This document shows, piece after piece, positions 8,834 to 17,673 of a stretch of 33,155 nucleotides of DNA. Source of the stretch: Janthinobacterium lividum. GTDB taxonomy: Bacteria > Pseudomonadota > Gammaproteobacteria > Burkholderiales > Burkholderiaceae_D. Location: contig CAMBDR010000001.1 of assembly GCA_945864765.1 (NCBI GenBank), forward strand, positions 1 to 33,155, read 5' to 3'. Position 1 is the first letter of the stretch, and each line of letters opens with the position of its first letter. Position numbers and translations under genes: made by a program. The notes below the pieces were generated by a model. It did no database searches and was not told the origin of the DNA. It saw only the letters and a program-made list of their open reading frames with translations.

Positions 8834-10591
8834 ATGCGTCGCTCAATTTCAACCCTCATCTTGTGGCTATTGCCGCTACTGTATTTTGGCCAGTACGGCA
8901 CCTGCCAGGCACAAGTGGAATCGGCCAAGCCAGCCGCTACTGCTGCCGCCACAACGACTTCTACTGACGACGCCAGCGCCGCCAACCCTGAGCCGCCCCC
9001 CTTGTCGCCCGTTGAAAAATGGTATCGTGGCGGACAATTTCAACAAGCGGCGGAACAAGGTTTGCAAGACTTGTTGCAAGAGCCATGGAATCACGAATTA
9101 CGCTTCATCGTGGCCGACAGTTTGCAGCGCAACGGGCAGATCGAACAAGCCATCGCCCAGTTTCAGGCACTCGATGGCACGCCGCTGGCGCATAGTGCCA
9201 ATGTGCGCCTGAATGCCTTGCGCGTCGGGCGCAATGAAATCCCGGACATTACCCCGCCCAATCCTAAATTGGCCAAATTGGCCAGCGCGCTACCCATATC
9301 CATACCAACTACCCAGCAAAACCTGGAAACCACCGCACCCCGGCCCGATAAGTTGGAGAAACCAGTCTCCACCCTGCGGGCGCGGGTATTGTTCCCGAAA
9401 AAATCCCCCGCCTTGCAAAAAATTGACGATTTGGCCAATAAAGGGGATTACGATGGCGTCGCACGCCAAGGCTTGCTCTTGCTGGCGCAAGATAAAAACA
9501 ATGCCGAGTTACGCTTGTTGGTGGCCAATAGTTTGGCCTGGACCGGCTTTTTGGATCAGGCAGCGGCGCAATATCAATTATTACTCGATACCTCGCAAGC
9601 GCAAGACGCGCAAGTGGGTTTGGCCAATGTCTACCGTTGGCGCGGTCAGGATGAACAAGCTTTGCCACTATATAAAGCGGTGTTGGCGCGCAGCCCTAAA
9701 AATGAGGCCGCGCTGGAAGGGCTGCGCCTGGCCGAGCGTGAACTGGCACCGCGCAGCCTGATCACGGCCGGTGCCGCCGTCGATTCGTCCGACGCCAAAC
9801 GGCGCGCTCTCGCCATCAACCACCGCTGGCGCGACAGGAGTGGCCGCCATGTGTTTGAAGTGGAAATGGGGGCCAACAACGATCAATTATTGGCGCTACA
9901 CCAAAATGAGCGCGATGTAACGCTACGCTACCAGGCTTTGGGCCTGCCGCTACAACCGAAGTTGGAAATAGCGGAACAGTATCAACCAAATCGTGTATTA
10001 ACGGGCAGCTTACGCCTGCATTGGTCGGGCGCGCAAAATTATATTGAGTTGGGGCGGCTGGATTGGGGTAAGCTGGCATCGAATGCCAAAGCCTTAAAAG
10101 GCGCGCTCACCGCCGACCACGTGGGGGCCGCCTTCGCAACTCGTGGCCGTTGGGGGGAATTGAGTGGTAAAATCGACAATTACAGCATTTCCGATGGGAA
10201 TGATATTATCAGCAGTGGCTTGCGCTTTGTGCCAGCATGGCGTCCTTTGGGCAACCATGTCAAATTATTTACCGGCATCGAAACGCGGGATGCACGCAAG
10301 GGCGCGGTAGCGGGTAGTTATTGGGCACCGGTGGATGGTTTTGGTTCCGGCTATGTCGGCTTGCAAACCGATTGGGGCGGGGCCGACTGGAGTTTATACG
10401 GTTCCGGCCAGGTCGGTGCGCGTTTATATGGCGAAGCGGGTAATAGTTGGAGTCTGTCGGCAGGTGGTAAGTGGTGGTTGGGCTCGGATTTTGCAGTCGG
10501 CTTAAATATGTTTGGCTTGGGTAGTCGGCGCGATAATGCGGGTTATCGGGCCAAAGCCGTGAATGTTAACCTGGAAAAATTGTGGAACTGA
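8834..10591 (+). CDS. Outer-membrane polysaccharide export porin with periplasmic TPR domain (PgaA/BcsC-like)
   Basis: 585 aa with a signal peptide (MRRSISTLILWLLPLLYFGQYGTCQA). TPR-like hairpins include LRFIVADSLQRNGQIEQAIAQFQAL, LRLLVANSLAWTGFLDQAAAQYQLLL and ALPLYKAVLARSPKNEAALEGL. The C-terminal 270 aa or so has a Gly/aromatic alternating beta-strand pattern ending ...VNVNLEKLWN. Confidence 0.6.
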   Translation: MRRSISTLILWLLPLLYFGQYGTCQAQVESAKPAATAAATTTSTDDASAANPEPPPLSPVEKWYRGGQFQQAAEQGLQDLLQEPWNHELRFIVADSLQRNGQIEQAIAQFQALDGTPLAHSANVRLNALRVGRNEIPDITPPNPKLAKLASALPISIPTTQQNLETTAPRPDKLEKPVSTLRARVLFPKKSPALQKIDDLANKGDYDGVARQGLLLLAQDKNNAELRLLVANSLAWTGFLDQAAAQYQLLLDTSQAQDAQVGLANVYRWRGQDEQALPLYKAVLARSPKNEAALEGLRLAERELAPRSLITAGAAVDSSDAKRRALAINHRWRDRSGRHVFEVEMGANNDQLLALHQNERDVTLRYQALGLPLQPKLEIAEQYQPNRVLTGSLRLHWSGAQNYIELGRLDWGKLASNAKALKGALTADHVGAAFATRGRWGELSGKIDNYSISDGNDIISSGLRFVPAWRPLGNHVKLFTGIETRDARKGAVAGSYWAPVDGFGSGYVGLQTDWGGADWSLYGSGQVGARLYGEAGNSWSLSAGGKWWLGSDFAVGLNMFGLGSRRDNAGYRAKAVNVNLEKLWN

Positions 10592-11949
10592 AAAAATCCT
10601 GGCGTTGGTTGGTGGCTGGCTCGGTGGTGGTGGGGCTGGTGCTGTTGATCGGCTTTAGCTACGATAAAATCCTCAATTTGGGTGAAGATTCGTTCAGCAT
10701 CCTGTTTGAAAACTTCGTGCTCTCGGCCATTTCCATCTATCTGATGTTTTTCCTGGCCTTGCTCATCATCCGCTATGCGGTGATGATTTTATATTCCTTT
10801 ATGGAGCACCTCGAATATTTGCTCAAGCGTCGCCGTGAAGACGCCAAAAGCGACACCAACTACCGCGAAGAAGGCAGCTTGCCGATGATTTCGCTGGTGG
10901 TGCCGGCTTATAACGAAGGCCCGGTGATACAACCTGCCGTGCGCTCCCTGCTGAAACTGGATTACCCGAACTATGAAATCATCGTGGTCGATGACGGTTC
11001 TTCCGACGATACCTATGAAAAAGCGCTGGCGGTATCGCGCGAGCAAAGCATTATCCCGGTGCGGGTGGTGACCAAGCGCAATGGCGGTAAATCTGATGCG
11101 CTCAACACCGGCATGACGCAAGCGCGTGGCGAATTCATTTTAAATATGGATGGCGATTCCAAACTCTCCAGCAATACCCTGCGCGCCTGCATCCGCCATT
11201 TTGAAGACCCCAGCGTGGGCGCGGTGGCCGGCAATGTTAAAGTTTTGAATCGTGAAAATTTATGGACCAAAGTGCAGGCACTGGAATATGTCGAAGGCCT
11301 GGCCATGGCGCGCAAGGCGCAAAGTTTTATGCGCGCCGTCAATATCATCCCCGGCCCCTTGGGCATGTTTCGCAAATCGGTATTGCAGCAGGCGGGTGGT
11401 TATGATCACGACACCTTTGCCGAAGATTGCGATTTAACACTGAAATTGCTGATGCGTGGCTGGCATATTGCCTACGAACCCACCGCCATTGCCTGGGTCG
11501 AAACCCCGAGCGGCCTGCTGGATTTACTCAAACAGCGCTACCGCTGGACCCGTGGCATTTTGCAAGCCACCAAAAAACATAGTTCGGCCCTGTGGCAACC
11601 GCGCAAAGCGGGCTTAAACTTCTTTATTTTATGGTATATGCTGTTTGAAGGCATTATGTGGCCTTTTTCCACCGTGCTGGGTAATATCTTTTTCGCCTAT
11701 ATCGGTTTGCAATATGGTGTCGCGATCTTTTTGTTTTATTGGTTGCTGCACTTAACCATGCTGGATATTATTTCCGCTGCCTATTGCGTCATCATCGAAG
11801 AAGAAGACCCTGGTTTGATTTTTTACTCGGTGGTATTTCGCTTGTTTTACATTACCATTATTGACGTTGCCAAGGTTTTTGCCACGCTGGAAGAATGGCG
11901 TGGCACCGCCATGACCTGGGGCAAATTGCAGCGCGAAGGAAAGCTTTAA
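10582..11949 (+). CDS. Processive family-2 glycosyltransferase, PgaC/IcaA/NodC-like polysaccharide synthase
   Basis: 455 aa with flanking TM helices. GT-A motifs: VVPAYNE, VVDDGSSDDT, NMDGDS, FAEDCDLT, QRYRWTRG (QxxRW). No PilZ domain. The GTG at 10582 overlaps the upstream stop; the exact start is uncertain. Confidence 0.85.
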   Translation: MELKKSWRWLVAGSVVVGLVLLIGFSYDKILNLGEDSFSILFENFVLSAISIYLMFFLALLIIRYAVMILYSFMEHLEYLLKRRREDAKSDTNYREEGSLPMISLVVPAYNEGPVIQPAVRSLLKLDYPNYEIIVVDDGSSDDTYEKALAVSREQSIIPVRVVTKRNGGKSDALNTGMTQARGEFILNMDGDSKLSSNTLRACIRHFEDPSVGAVAGNVKVLNRENLWTKVQALEYVEGLAMARKAQSFMRAVNIIPGPLGMFRKSVLQQAGGYDHDTFAEDCDLTLKLLMRGWHIAYEPTAIAWVETPSGLLDLLKQRYRWTRGILQATKKHSSALWQPRKAGLNFFILWYMLFEGIMWPFSTVLGNIFFAYIGLQYGVAIFLFYWLLHLTMLDIISAAYCVIIEEEDPGLIFYSVVFRLFYITIIDVAKVFATLEEWRGTAMTWGKLQREGKL

Positions 11950-11961
11950 TATGGAACTGCT

Positions 11962-12180
11962 ATGGATTTAATTTCTCTACTGGCCACGGTCATTTTGATT
12001 ACCACCATCGGCACCCTGGTGGTGGCGGTGGCCGCTTACATTGCCTTTAAATTGCGTGATAAACGTCGCCCCAAAAAGCGCGACCCCACCATGCATTCTG
12101 ACGGCCCCTATCAACCGATCTTTTTAGAGCGCTACGTACCCGGCAAAACGCTGGAAGACGCAACGCCCAAAGAATCATGA
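11962..12180 (+). CDS. Small single-pass membrane protein (possible PgaD/IcaD-type synthase partner)
   Basis: 72 aa with one hydrophobic helix (LISLLATVILITTIGTLVVAVAAYIAF) followed by the basic stretch KLRDKRRPKKRD. Its stop overlaps the next gene's start (ATGA at 12177-12180). Function is inferred from position only. Confidence 0.5.
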   Translation: MDLISLLATVILITTIGTLVVAVAAYIAFKLRDKRRPKKRDPTMHSDGPYQPIFLERYVPGKTLEDATPKES

Positions 12181-14030
12181 GTGCACTCGCCATGGCGAAG
12201 TTGGACGTAGACCAGTTTGAAAACCGCCCGGCCTATCGCCGTAATGGCATGTATTTGCCTGCGCTGTTTATTATGGGTATTGCCACCGCGATTTTGGGGT
12301 TTTTAATGGCCATGCAAAGCTTGGGCTGGAAAATGCCGATCGTCGGGGCCGAGCAAAAAAAGACTGATAGTGTGCAAAATGGCGTGGTGTTATATATCTC
12401 GCCCAATAGCCGCGCCTATTTCACCCAAATTGGTGGCAATTACGACAACTTGCTCATCCCCTGGCGCAATTACTTTAAAGAGCGCAAGGAAAAGATTAAA
12501 GAAATCACCGATATCGGCGAACTGATTAAACTCACCGAAGGCGTGTTGATTTTGCCTTCGGCCTTATCGCTCAATGAGGAAGAGCGCGGCGAAATTACCC
12601 GCTTCCAAAAAAACGGTGGCGCGGTGATGGCCACTTGGGCTACGGGTAGCAGAAATGGTAAAGGCGATTGGCAAGGCTGGGAATTATTGGCTGATTTGGG
12701 CGCGCAAGTGCTGGGTGAAATGGAAGTCGGTTCAACCGCCCAGCAATTGGTGTTGAATGGCGAATCGCCAATATCGCAACAAAACGCGGCAGGCAAGCGG
12801 ATTTGGTTGGGCAAACCAGCCGAGCGGTTTTTGCGCATCAAGGGGGAAAACCGGGGCGCGCAAATTATGGAATGGAGCCGCGCACCCACTAAAGAGCGTG
12901 CGGCTGAAGCGGCGATCACGTTTTCAGAAAAAAACGGAGGCCGCGCCGTGGTGTTTGCCTTTGCCGAATCGGCCTGGGAAGCGCAAGCCTTTCCCATTTA
13001 CGCGATGGTGGATGACGCGCTCACCTGGTTGCAGCGCAAACCGGCCATTGTTAAAGCCAGTTGGCCCAATGGGCGGCGCAGTGCGGAAATGATTGAAATG
13101 GATACCGAACAAGGTTTTCCGAATGCGCTGCGCTTTGGTTCGATGATGCGCGCCTTAAACTATCGCGGCACTTTTTATGTGCTCACCTCGGTCGGCAAGC
13201 AATACCCGGATGTGTTGCAATCCTTGGCGCGCGATTTTGAAATTGGCTACCATGGCGATGTGCATGATAATTTTAAAGGGCAAGCCATCAGCCTGCAGCA
13301 ACAGCGCATGAACACCATGCAAGCCGAAATGAAAGACGTGCTGCACGACACGCAAACGGTGCTTGGCTTTCGCGCGCCGTTTGAAAGTTATGATGCCAAT
13401 ACCGAAAAATTGCTGGTGAAAATGGGTGTGGGTCACCACGTGGTAGACCCTGGCCGCAGCGATGCGCGGGTGCCGGAGTTGGTGAAAATCGACAATGTAA
13501 AAGATGCGCTGGTGATTTTGCCGCGTACCCAGCGCGATGATATTAACCTCGACAAAGAAGGCTTGGCAGGCGACAAGCTGGGGCAAGCTTTGATTGATGA
13601 CTTTGATTTGTCCTATGAAATGGGAGCCTTGGGCTTGCTCAGTATTCATAGCCAAAATTATGGCACCGATGCGCCGCTTACGGCTGCCATGCCTTTGTTG
13701 CTTACCCATCTTAAAAAATATCGTGCCCAAGTCTGGTTGGCCTCCGGCACCGAAGTGGCTAATTGGTGGCGCGAGCGTGAGCGTTTGAAACTGTCTTCGC
13801 GCAATTTGGGGCGGCGGTTGGAATTTAACCTCTCGGTGACCGGTAAAACCCCGTTGCAAGGCGGAAGTTTAACGGTGATGCTGCCTAAAAAAGGTATCAT
13901 GCCCAATGTTCAGGCGTTGAAGGTGGGCTTGCCCAAGCCGCAAGTGCTGAAAATTGATGAATTTCGCGCCGCCATTGTGTTTGATTCCTTAAGCCCAGGT
14001 GATTATGCCTACCAGGCGACGTTTGAATAA
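12177..14030 (+). CDS. Membrane-anchored polysaccharide deacetylase (CE4/NodB-type) with an extra N-terminal periplasmic domain
   Basis: 617 aa with a TM anchor (MYLPALFIMGIATAILGFLMAM). CE4-like motifs: EIGYHGDVHDNF (HxxxH) and LGFRAPFESYD (RxPF). The canonical TFDDG motif appears degenerate (IEMDTEQG). Confidence 0.7.
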   Translation: MSALAMAKLDVDQFENRPAYRRNGMYLPALFIMGIATAILGFLMAMQSLGWKMPIVGAEQKKTDSVQNGVVLYISPNSRAYFTQIGGNYDNLLIPWRNYFKERKEKIKEITDIGELIKLTEGVLILPSALSLNEEERGEITRFQKNGGAVMATWATGSRNGKGDWQGWELLADLGAQVLGEMEVGSTAQQLVLNGESPISQQNAAGKRIWLGKPAERFLRIKGENRGAQIMEWSRAPTKERAAEAAITFSEKNGGRAVVFAFAESAWEAQAFPIYAMVDDALTWLQRKPAIVKASWPNGRRSAEMIEMDTEQGFPNALRFGSMMRALNYRGTFYVLTSVGKQYPDVLQSLARDFEIGYHGDVHDNFKGQAISLQQQRMNTMQAEMKDVLHDTQTVLGFRAPFESYDANTEKLLVKMGVGHHVVDPGRSDARVPELVKIDNVKDALVILPRTQRDDINLDKEGLAGDKLGQALIDDFDLSYEMGALGLLSIHSQNYGTDAPLTAAMPLLLTHLKKYRAQVWLASGTEVANWWRERERLKLSSRNLGRRLEFNLSVTGKTPLQGGSLTVMLPKKGIMPNVQALKVGLPKPQVLKIDEFRAAIVFDSLSPGDYAYQATFE

Positions 14031-14034
14031 TTGA

Positions 14035-15297
14035 ATGGTGACTATGTTGATCAAGCCTTACGAGGCCCTGCTGGCCTTGCGTTTTTTGTTGGGAAAAAAA
14101 AGTACCAATTACATTTCTTTTACCTCGTGGGCGTCGATTATCGCGATGTTGTTGTCGGTGATGACGCTCATTATCGTGCTCTCGGTCATGAACGGGTTTC
14201 GGGAGATTATCGAAACCACCTATGTCAGCGTCGATGCCGAAGTGCAAGTGCTGGGCGATGAGCATCAAGCCACGGATTGGAAAAAAATCGAACAAAGCAT
14301 TGCTGCCACCAGCGGCGTGCTGCGCCATGCGCCGTTTTTGGAAAAGCAGGGCTTGGTGTTGAATGGCAAGCGTGCCTTGCCGATGACGATACGCGGCATC
14401 GACCCGCTACAAGAAAAAGCCATCGTCAAAATCCGCCAGTCGATACCGGAAGATGTGTTTGCCACCCTGCAAGCCGATAGCCGCAATGTGGTGGTGGGTA
14501 GCGAGGTAGCGGCGGAATATGATTTGAATCTCGGTAAGAAACTCTCGCTGGTGATTCCCAAATCCGGTGCGGGCAATACCCTCAGCTCGCCCGACGTGGC
14601 CAGTTTTACCGTGAGCGGTATTTTCCAAACGCGCGACAATAAATCCAATGCCAGCTTCATTTATTTGCATCTGCAAGACTTGCAGCAGTTTGTCGGGGCG
14701 GCGGCGGGGGCGCAAAGCGGGTTTCAGGTGGCGGTGGTGGATATGGAAGGGGCACCAGCCATTGCCAAGCGTTTGCGCGCAACCCTGCCCACGAGTTTGC
14801 GCGTGGTGGATTGGCAGCAAAAAAACGCGGCGCAATACAAGGCGGTGAAGTTTGAAAAATTATTGATGACCCTGATGCTGTGCGTGATTATTCTCATTTC
14901 CGGCTTGAACATCATCATCACCACCATTATGACGGTCAACGCCAAGCGCGGTGAAATTGCGATTTTAATGACCATGGGCGCGCCAGAAAAAAGTATTGCG
15001 CGGGTGTTTATTTTCAACGGCTTTATTTTGGGCATGGGTGGGATTGTGTTTGGCGTGGGCGCAGGGGTGTGGATTGCGCCCAATATTGGCAACATTATCG
15101 CCACGCTGGAAAAAGCCTTGGCGTTTCGGGTGTTTGACCCGACGGTGTTGGATATTGTGCATATTCCTTCGCGGCTGGAAGGGGGCGATGTGTTGTTGGT
15201 GTCGATAGTGGCCTTTTCCGTGGCAATGATTGCGACCCTGCTGCCCGCTTTGCATGCGGCGCGCATCAATCCGGTGGAGGCGTTTCGCTATGAATAA
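14035..15297 (+). CDS. lolC: Lipoprotein-releasing system transmembrane subunit (LolC/LolE family; a single copy suggests LolF type)
   Basis: 420 aa with a MacB-type FtsX fold. The N-terminus (ALLALRFLLGKK...SVMNGFRE) resembles the LolC/E N-terminus, with a large periplasmic loop and C-terminal TM helices. Followed by lolD with an overlapping start. The true start may be the ATG at 14044. Confidence 0.85.
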   Translation: MVTMLIKPYEALLALRFLLGKKSTNYISFTSWASIIAMLLSVMTLIIVLSVMNGFREIIETTYVSVDAEVQVLGDEHQATDWKKIEQSIAATSGVLRHAPFLEKQGLVLNGKRALPMTIRGIDPLQEKAIVKIRQSIPEDVFATLQADSRNVVVGSEVAAEYDLNLGKKLSLVIPKSGAGNTLSSPDVASFTVSGIFQTRDNKSNASFIYLHLQDLQQFVGAAAGAQSGFQVAVVDMEGAPAIAKRLRATLPTSLRVVDWQQKNAAQYKAVKFEKLLMTLMLCVIILISGLNIIITTIMTVNAKRGEIAILMTMGAPEKSIARVFIFNGFILGMGGIVFGVGAGVWIAPNIGNIIATLEKALAFRVFDPTVLDIVHIPSRLEGGDVLLVSIVAFSVAMIATLLPALHAARINPVEAFRYE

Positions 15298-15994
15298 GGA
15301 GCAGGCGGAGGCAACTGAGGCAACTGAGGCGATTTTACAATGCCGCGATGTGAGTAAATCGTTTGAGATGGCGGGTACGCGGATTCATGTCTTAAACGGG
15401 GTGGATTTAAGCGTGGCGGCGCATTCCAGCGTGGCGATTATGGGGGCTTCCGGCGGCGGTAAGAGTACCTTGCTGCATATTCTGGGTGGGCTGGATCAGG
15501 CCAGCCAGGGTGAGGTGTGGATTGCCGGGCAAAGTTTGCAAGCCATGAAGCGGGCCGACATTGCCGCCATGCGCAACCGGCATTTGGGCTTTGTTTACCA
15601 GTTTCACCATTTATTGGGGGATTTAAGCGCGCTGGAAAATGTCATCATGCCCTTATTAATTGGTGGCATGGACAAAATGTCGGCCAGCAAGCAGGGGCTG
15701 GCATGGTTGGAAAAAGTCGGCCTAACGGCGCACGCCAGGAAAAAACCGGGTTATTTGTCCGGCGGCGAGCGCCAACGCGTGGCCATTGCGCGCGCGCTGG
15801 TGGCCAGCCCGAAATGCGTGCTGGCCGATGAACCGACCGCCAATCTGGATCGCGCCAATGCGGCGGTGGTGTTGGAACTGCTGCTCAATTTGTGTCGCGA
15901 TAGTGGCTGTAGTCTGGTGTTGGTGACGCATGATGCGCAAATTGCCGGGGCTTTGCAGCGTACCGTCAGGTTGGTGGATGGCAAGCTGCAGTAG
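15290..15994 (+). CDS. lolD: Lipoprotein-releasing system ATP-binding protein
   Basis: Walker A GASGGGKSTL, signature LSGGERQRVAIARAL, Walker B VLADEPTANLD. Start set at the ATG at 15290, which overlaps the lolC stop (ATGAATAA), rather than the track's 15230. Confidence 0.9.
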   Translation: MNKEQAEATEATEAILQCRDVSKSFEMAGTRIHVLNGVDLSVAAHSSVAIMGASGGGKSTLLHILGGLDQASQGEVWIAGQSLQAMKRADIAAMRNRHLGFVYQFHHLLGDLSALENVIMPLLIGGMDKMSASKQGLAWLEKVGLTAHARKKPGYLSGGERQRVAIARALVASPKCVLADEPTANLDRANAAVVLELLLNLCRDSGCSLVLVTHDAQIAGALQRTVRLVDGKLQ

Positions 15995-16133
15995 GCAGCA
16001 AGCGTGAGCCGATGACGTGAAGCGGGCGGTGAACAATCGTTAAATCGCGCATTATCGCCTGAATGTTTGCTTATTCGTGCATGAGAATACAAGCACACCA
16101 TGATTACAATCTGTCCCGTGAAAGCGCTATCGC

Positions 16134-16757
16134 ATGAACCTGATTGAAAAAGCCACGCTGATGCACTATCACCGCCACCGCATCGGCGAGTTTTCTTTGG
16201 CCGCACCCAAGGCATTGGGCTGGCGCGATCAGCACAGCCAGCTTGCGCGCTTTGCCGCGCTGGGGCAGATTGGAAGCGTACAAGGGTGCAGTGTGCTGGA
16301 CATTGGCTGCGGCTGCGGTGACTTCAAAGCCTGGCTGGACGGCGCGGGCGGGGTGGGCGATTATATCGGCATCGACCTCATGCCCGAATTTATCGCCGCC
16401 GCCAAGGCGCGCTTTGCGGCGTGCGGCAACGCGGCTTTTTTTCAAGCCGATTTTAGCAGCGCGGCCTTGCCGCAGGTGGATTATGTGTTCGCCAGCGGCG
16501 CGCTGTCGTATCGCTGCGCGGATGACGACTATTATTACGCCATGATCGCCAGGTTTTATCAGGCCGCGCGCCTTGGGCTGGCCTTTAACATGCTTGACGC
16601 GCAGCATTTTCCGCAGCACAAGCTGTTGCGCGGGCATGACCGGGCGGCGGTGCTGGCGTATTGCGGTACTTTGGCGCATCGGGTGGAGATTATCAACGGC
16701 TATGCGGACGATGATTTTACCTTGTGCTTGTATACCGCCTCAAGTATGGCAGCATAA
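16134..16757 (+). CDS. Small class I SAM-dependent methyltransferase
   Basis: 207 aa with motif I VLDIGCGCGDF, followed by GIDL and a post-I acidic residue pattern. Substrate is not predictable. Confidence 0.7.
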   Translation: MNLIEKATLMHYHRHRIGEFSLAAPKALGWRDQHSQLARFAALGQIGSVQGCSVLDIGCGCGDFKAWLDGAGGVGDYIGIDLMPEFIAAAKARFAACGNAAFFQADFSSAALPQVDYVFASGALSYRCADDDYYYAMIARFYQAARLGLAFNMLDAQHFPQHKLLRGHDRAAVLAYCGTLAHRVEIINGYADDDFTLCLYTASSMAA

Positions 16758-16795
16758 AAAGTCGCAATTAAACAACTCCGGTACGCAATAAATGC

Positions 16796-16825
16796 TTGCA
16801 GCCCGCCCGGTTGTTGGCGTAGCAT
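16796..16825 (+). promoter_or_regulatory. Candidate sigma70 promoter for the eCIS operon
   Basis: TTGCAG (16796-16801), 18 nt, then TAGCAT (16820-16825), about 30 nt upstream of the ATG at 16855. Pattern match only. Confidence 0.3.
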
Positions 16826-16854
16826 CGCCCGTACATTCATGACAGGGGGCGTTG

Positions 16855-17442
16855 ATGATTAACGATGCGATGAAATTTTTGGCAGGCCAACTGGATCAGT
16901 TTTGCAAGCATAGTTTAGGCGGGGAAGAAACGATCGCAAAAGCGGTGCATCTGGCCGAACCCGGTGACGCAGCAGGCACGCCAAAGTTGGCCTTGACCTT
17001 GGTGAATATTGAAAAAGATACCTTGCCCTACCGCCAGCGCGATTTGAGCGGTGTGCGCAGCGGGCCGGACGCCGGGCTGGCGGTGTATAGCGCGCCGCTG
17101 TACCTGAACCTGTATGTGATGCTGGCAGCCGATCCGCAAGGCGATTATGACGGGGCCTTGAAAAAAATATCGCTGGCGATCAATTTTTTTCAACTGCATC
17201 CGGTGTTTGATCACCAGACCAATCCCGACCTTGATCCAGGGATTGAAAAATTGATCCTCGATATAGCCAACCTCGGGCTGCATGATTTGCATAATGTCTG
17301 GGGTTTGTTGGGCGGCAAGTATTTGCCGTCGGTGTTCTACAAGGTGCGCATGGTGGTGGTGGATGCAAATGCGATGCTCAGGTCCGTGCCGCAGATCACC
17401 CAAATTGATAGCCAGGCCAGCGTCGTCAAGCCGGGCGTGTGA
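16855..17442 (+). CDS. eCIS tail terminator/cap protein, DUF4255 (Pvc16/Afp16 N-terminal domain)
   Basis: About 195 aa. Family-like features: MINDAMKFLAGQL, LALTLVNIEKD, LYLNLYVMLAA, NVWGLLGGKYLPSVFYKVRMVVV. AGGGGG lies 5-6 nt before the ATG at 16855 (the track uses TTG at 16852). Confidence 0.8.
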   Translation: MINDAMKFLAGQLDQFCKHSLGGEETIAKAVHLAEPGDAAGTPKLALTLVNIEKDTLPYRQRDLSGVRSGPDAGLAVYSAPLYLNLYVMLAADPQGDYDGALKKISLAINFFQLHPVFDHQTNPDLDPGIEKLILDIANLGLHDLHNVWGLLGGKYLPSVFYKVRMVVVDANAMLRSVPQITQIDSQASVVKPGV

Positions 17443-17673
17443 ATGATGCTGATCATTACATCAGTAACGACCTGAACAGTGACGCACCGCGTGTGGCGTA
17501 ATTGGTCACAGTGATTGAAAAAAATAAAAGATGAGCCAGCACATTGCGATGTTTTAAGCGTAGACTTTCGTTGGTTCGGGTGGTTATTGGCGGGTTGTGC
17601 ATGACTTTTACTGCATGGCTGTGTTGACAGGTATGTGCGGTAATGACGGTCCAAAAGGTGACCAGGAGCTGCG

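Noticed and set aside
8363-8852. Several 64-150-aa ORFs on both strands over the Pro/Ala-rich region
   Set aside because: They are artefacts of the low-complexity GC-rich repeat encoding the BcsE-like tail.
16060-16100. Imperfect inverted repeat TGCTTATTC...GAATACAAGCA downstream of lolD as a terminator
   Set aside because: The stem is bulged and has no U-tract, so it cannot be supported from sequence alone.
17624-17646. TTGACA at 17624 with TAATGA at 17641 as an internal promoter
   Set aside because: The spacer is only 11 nt, incompatible with a sigma70 promoter. No better -10 element lies at the correct distance.
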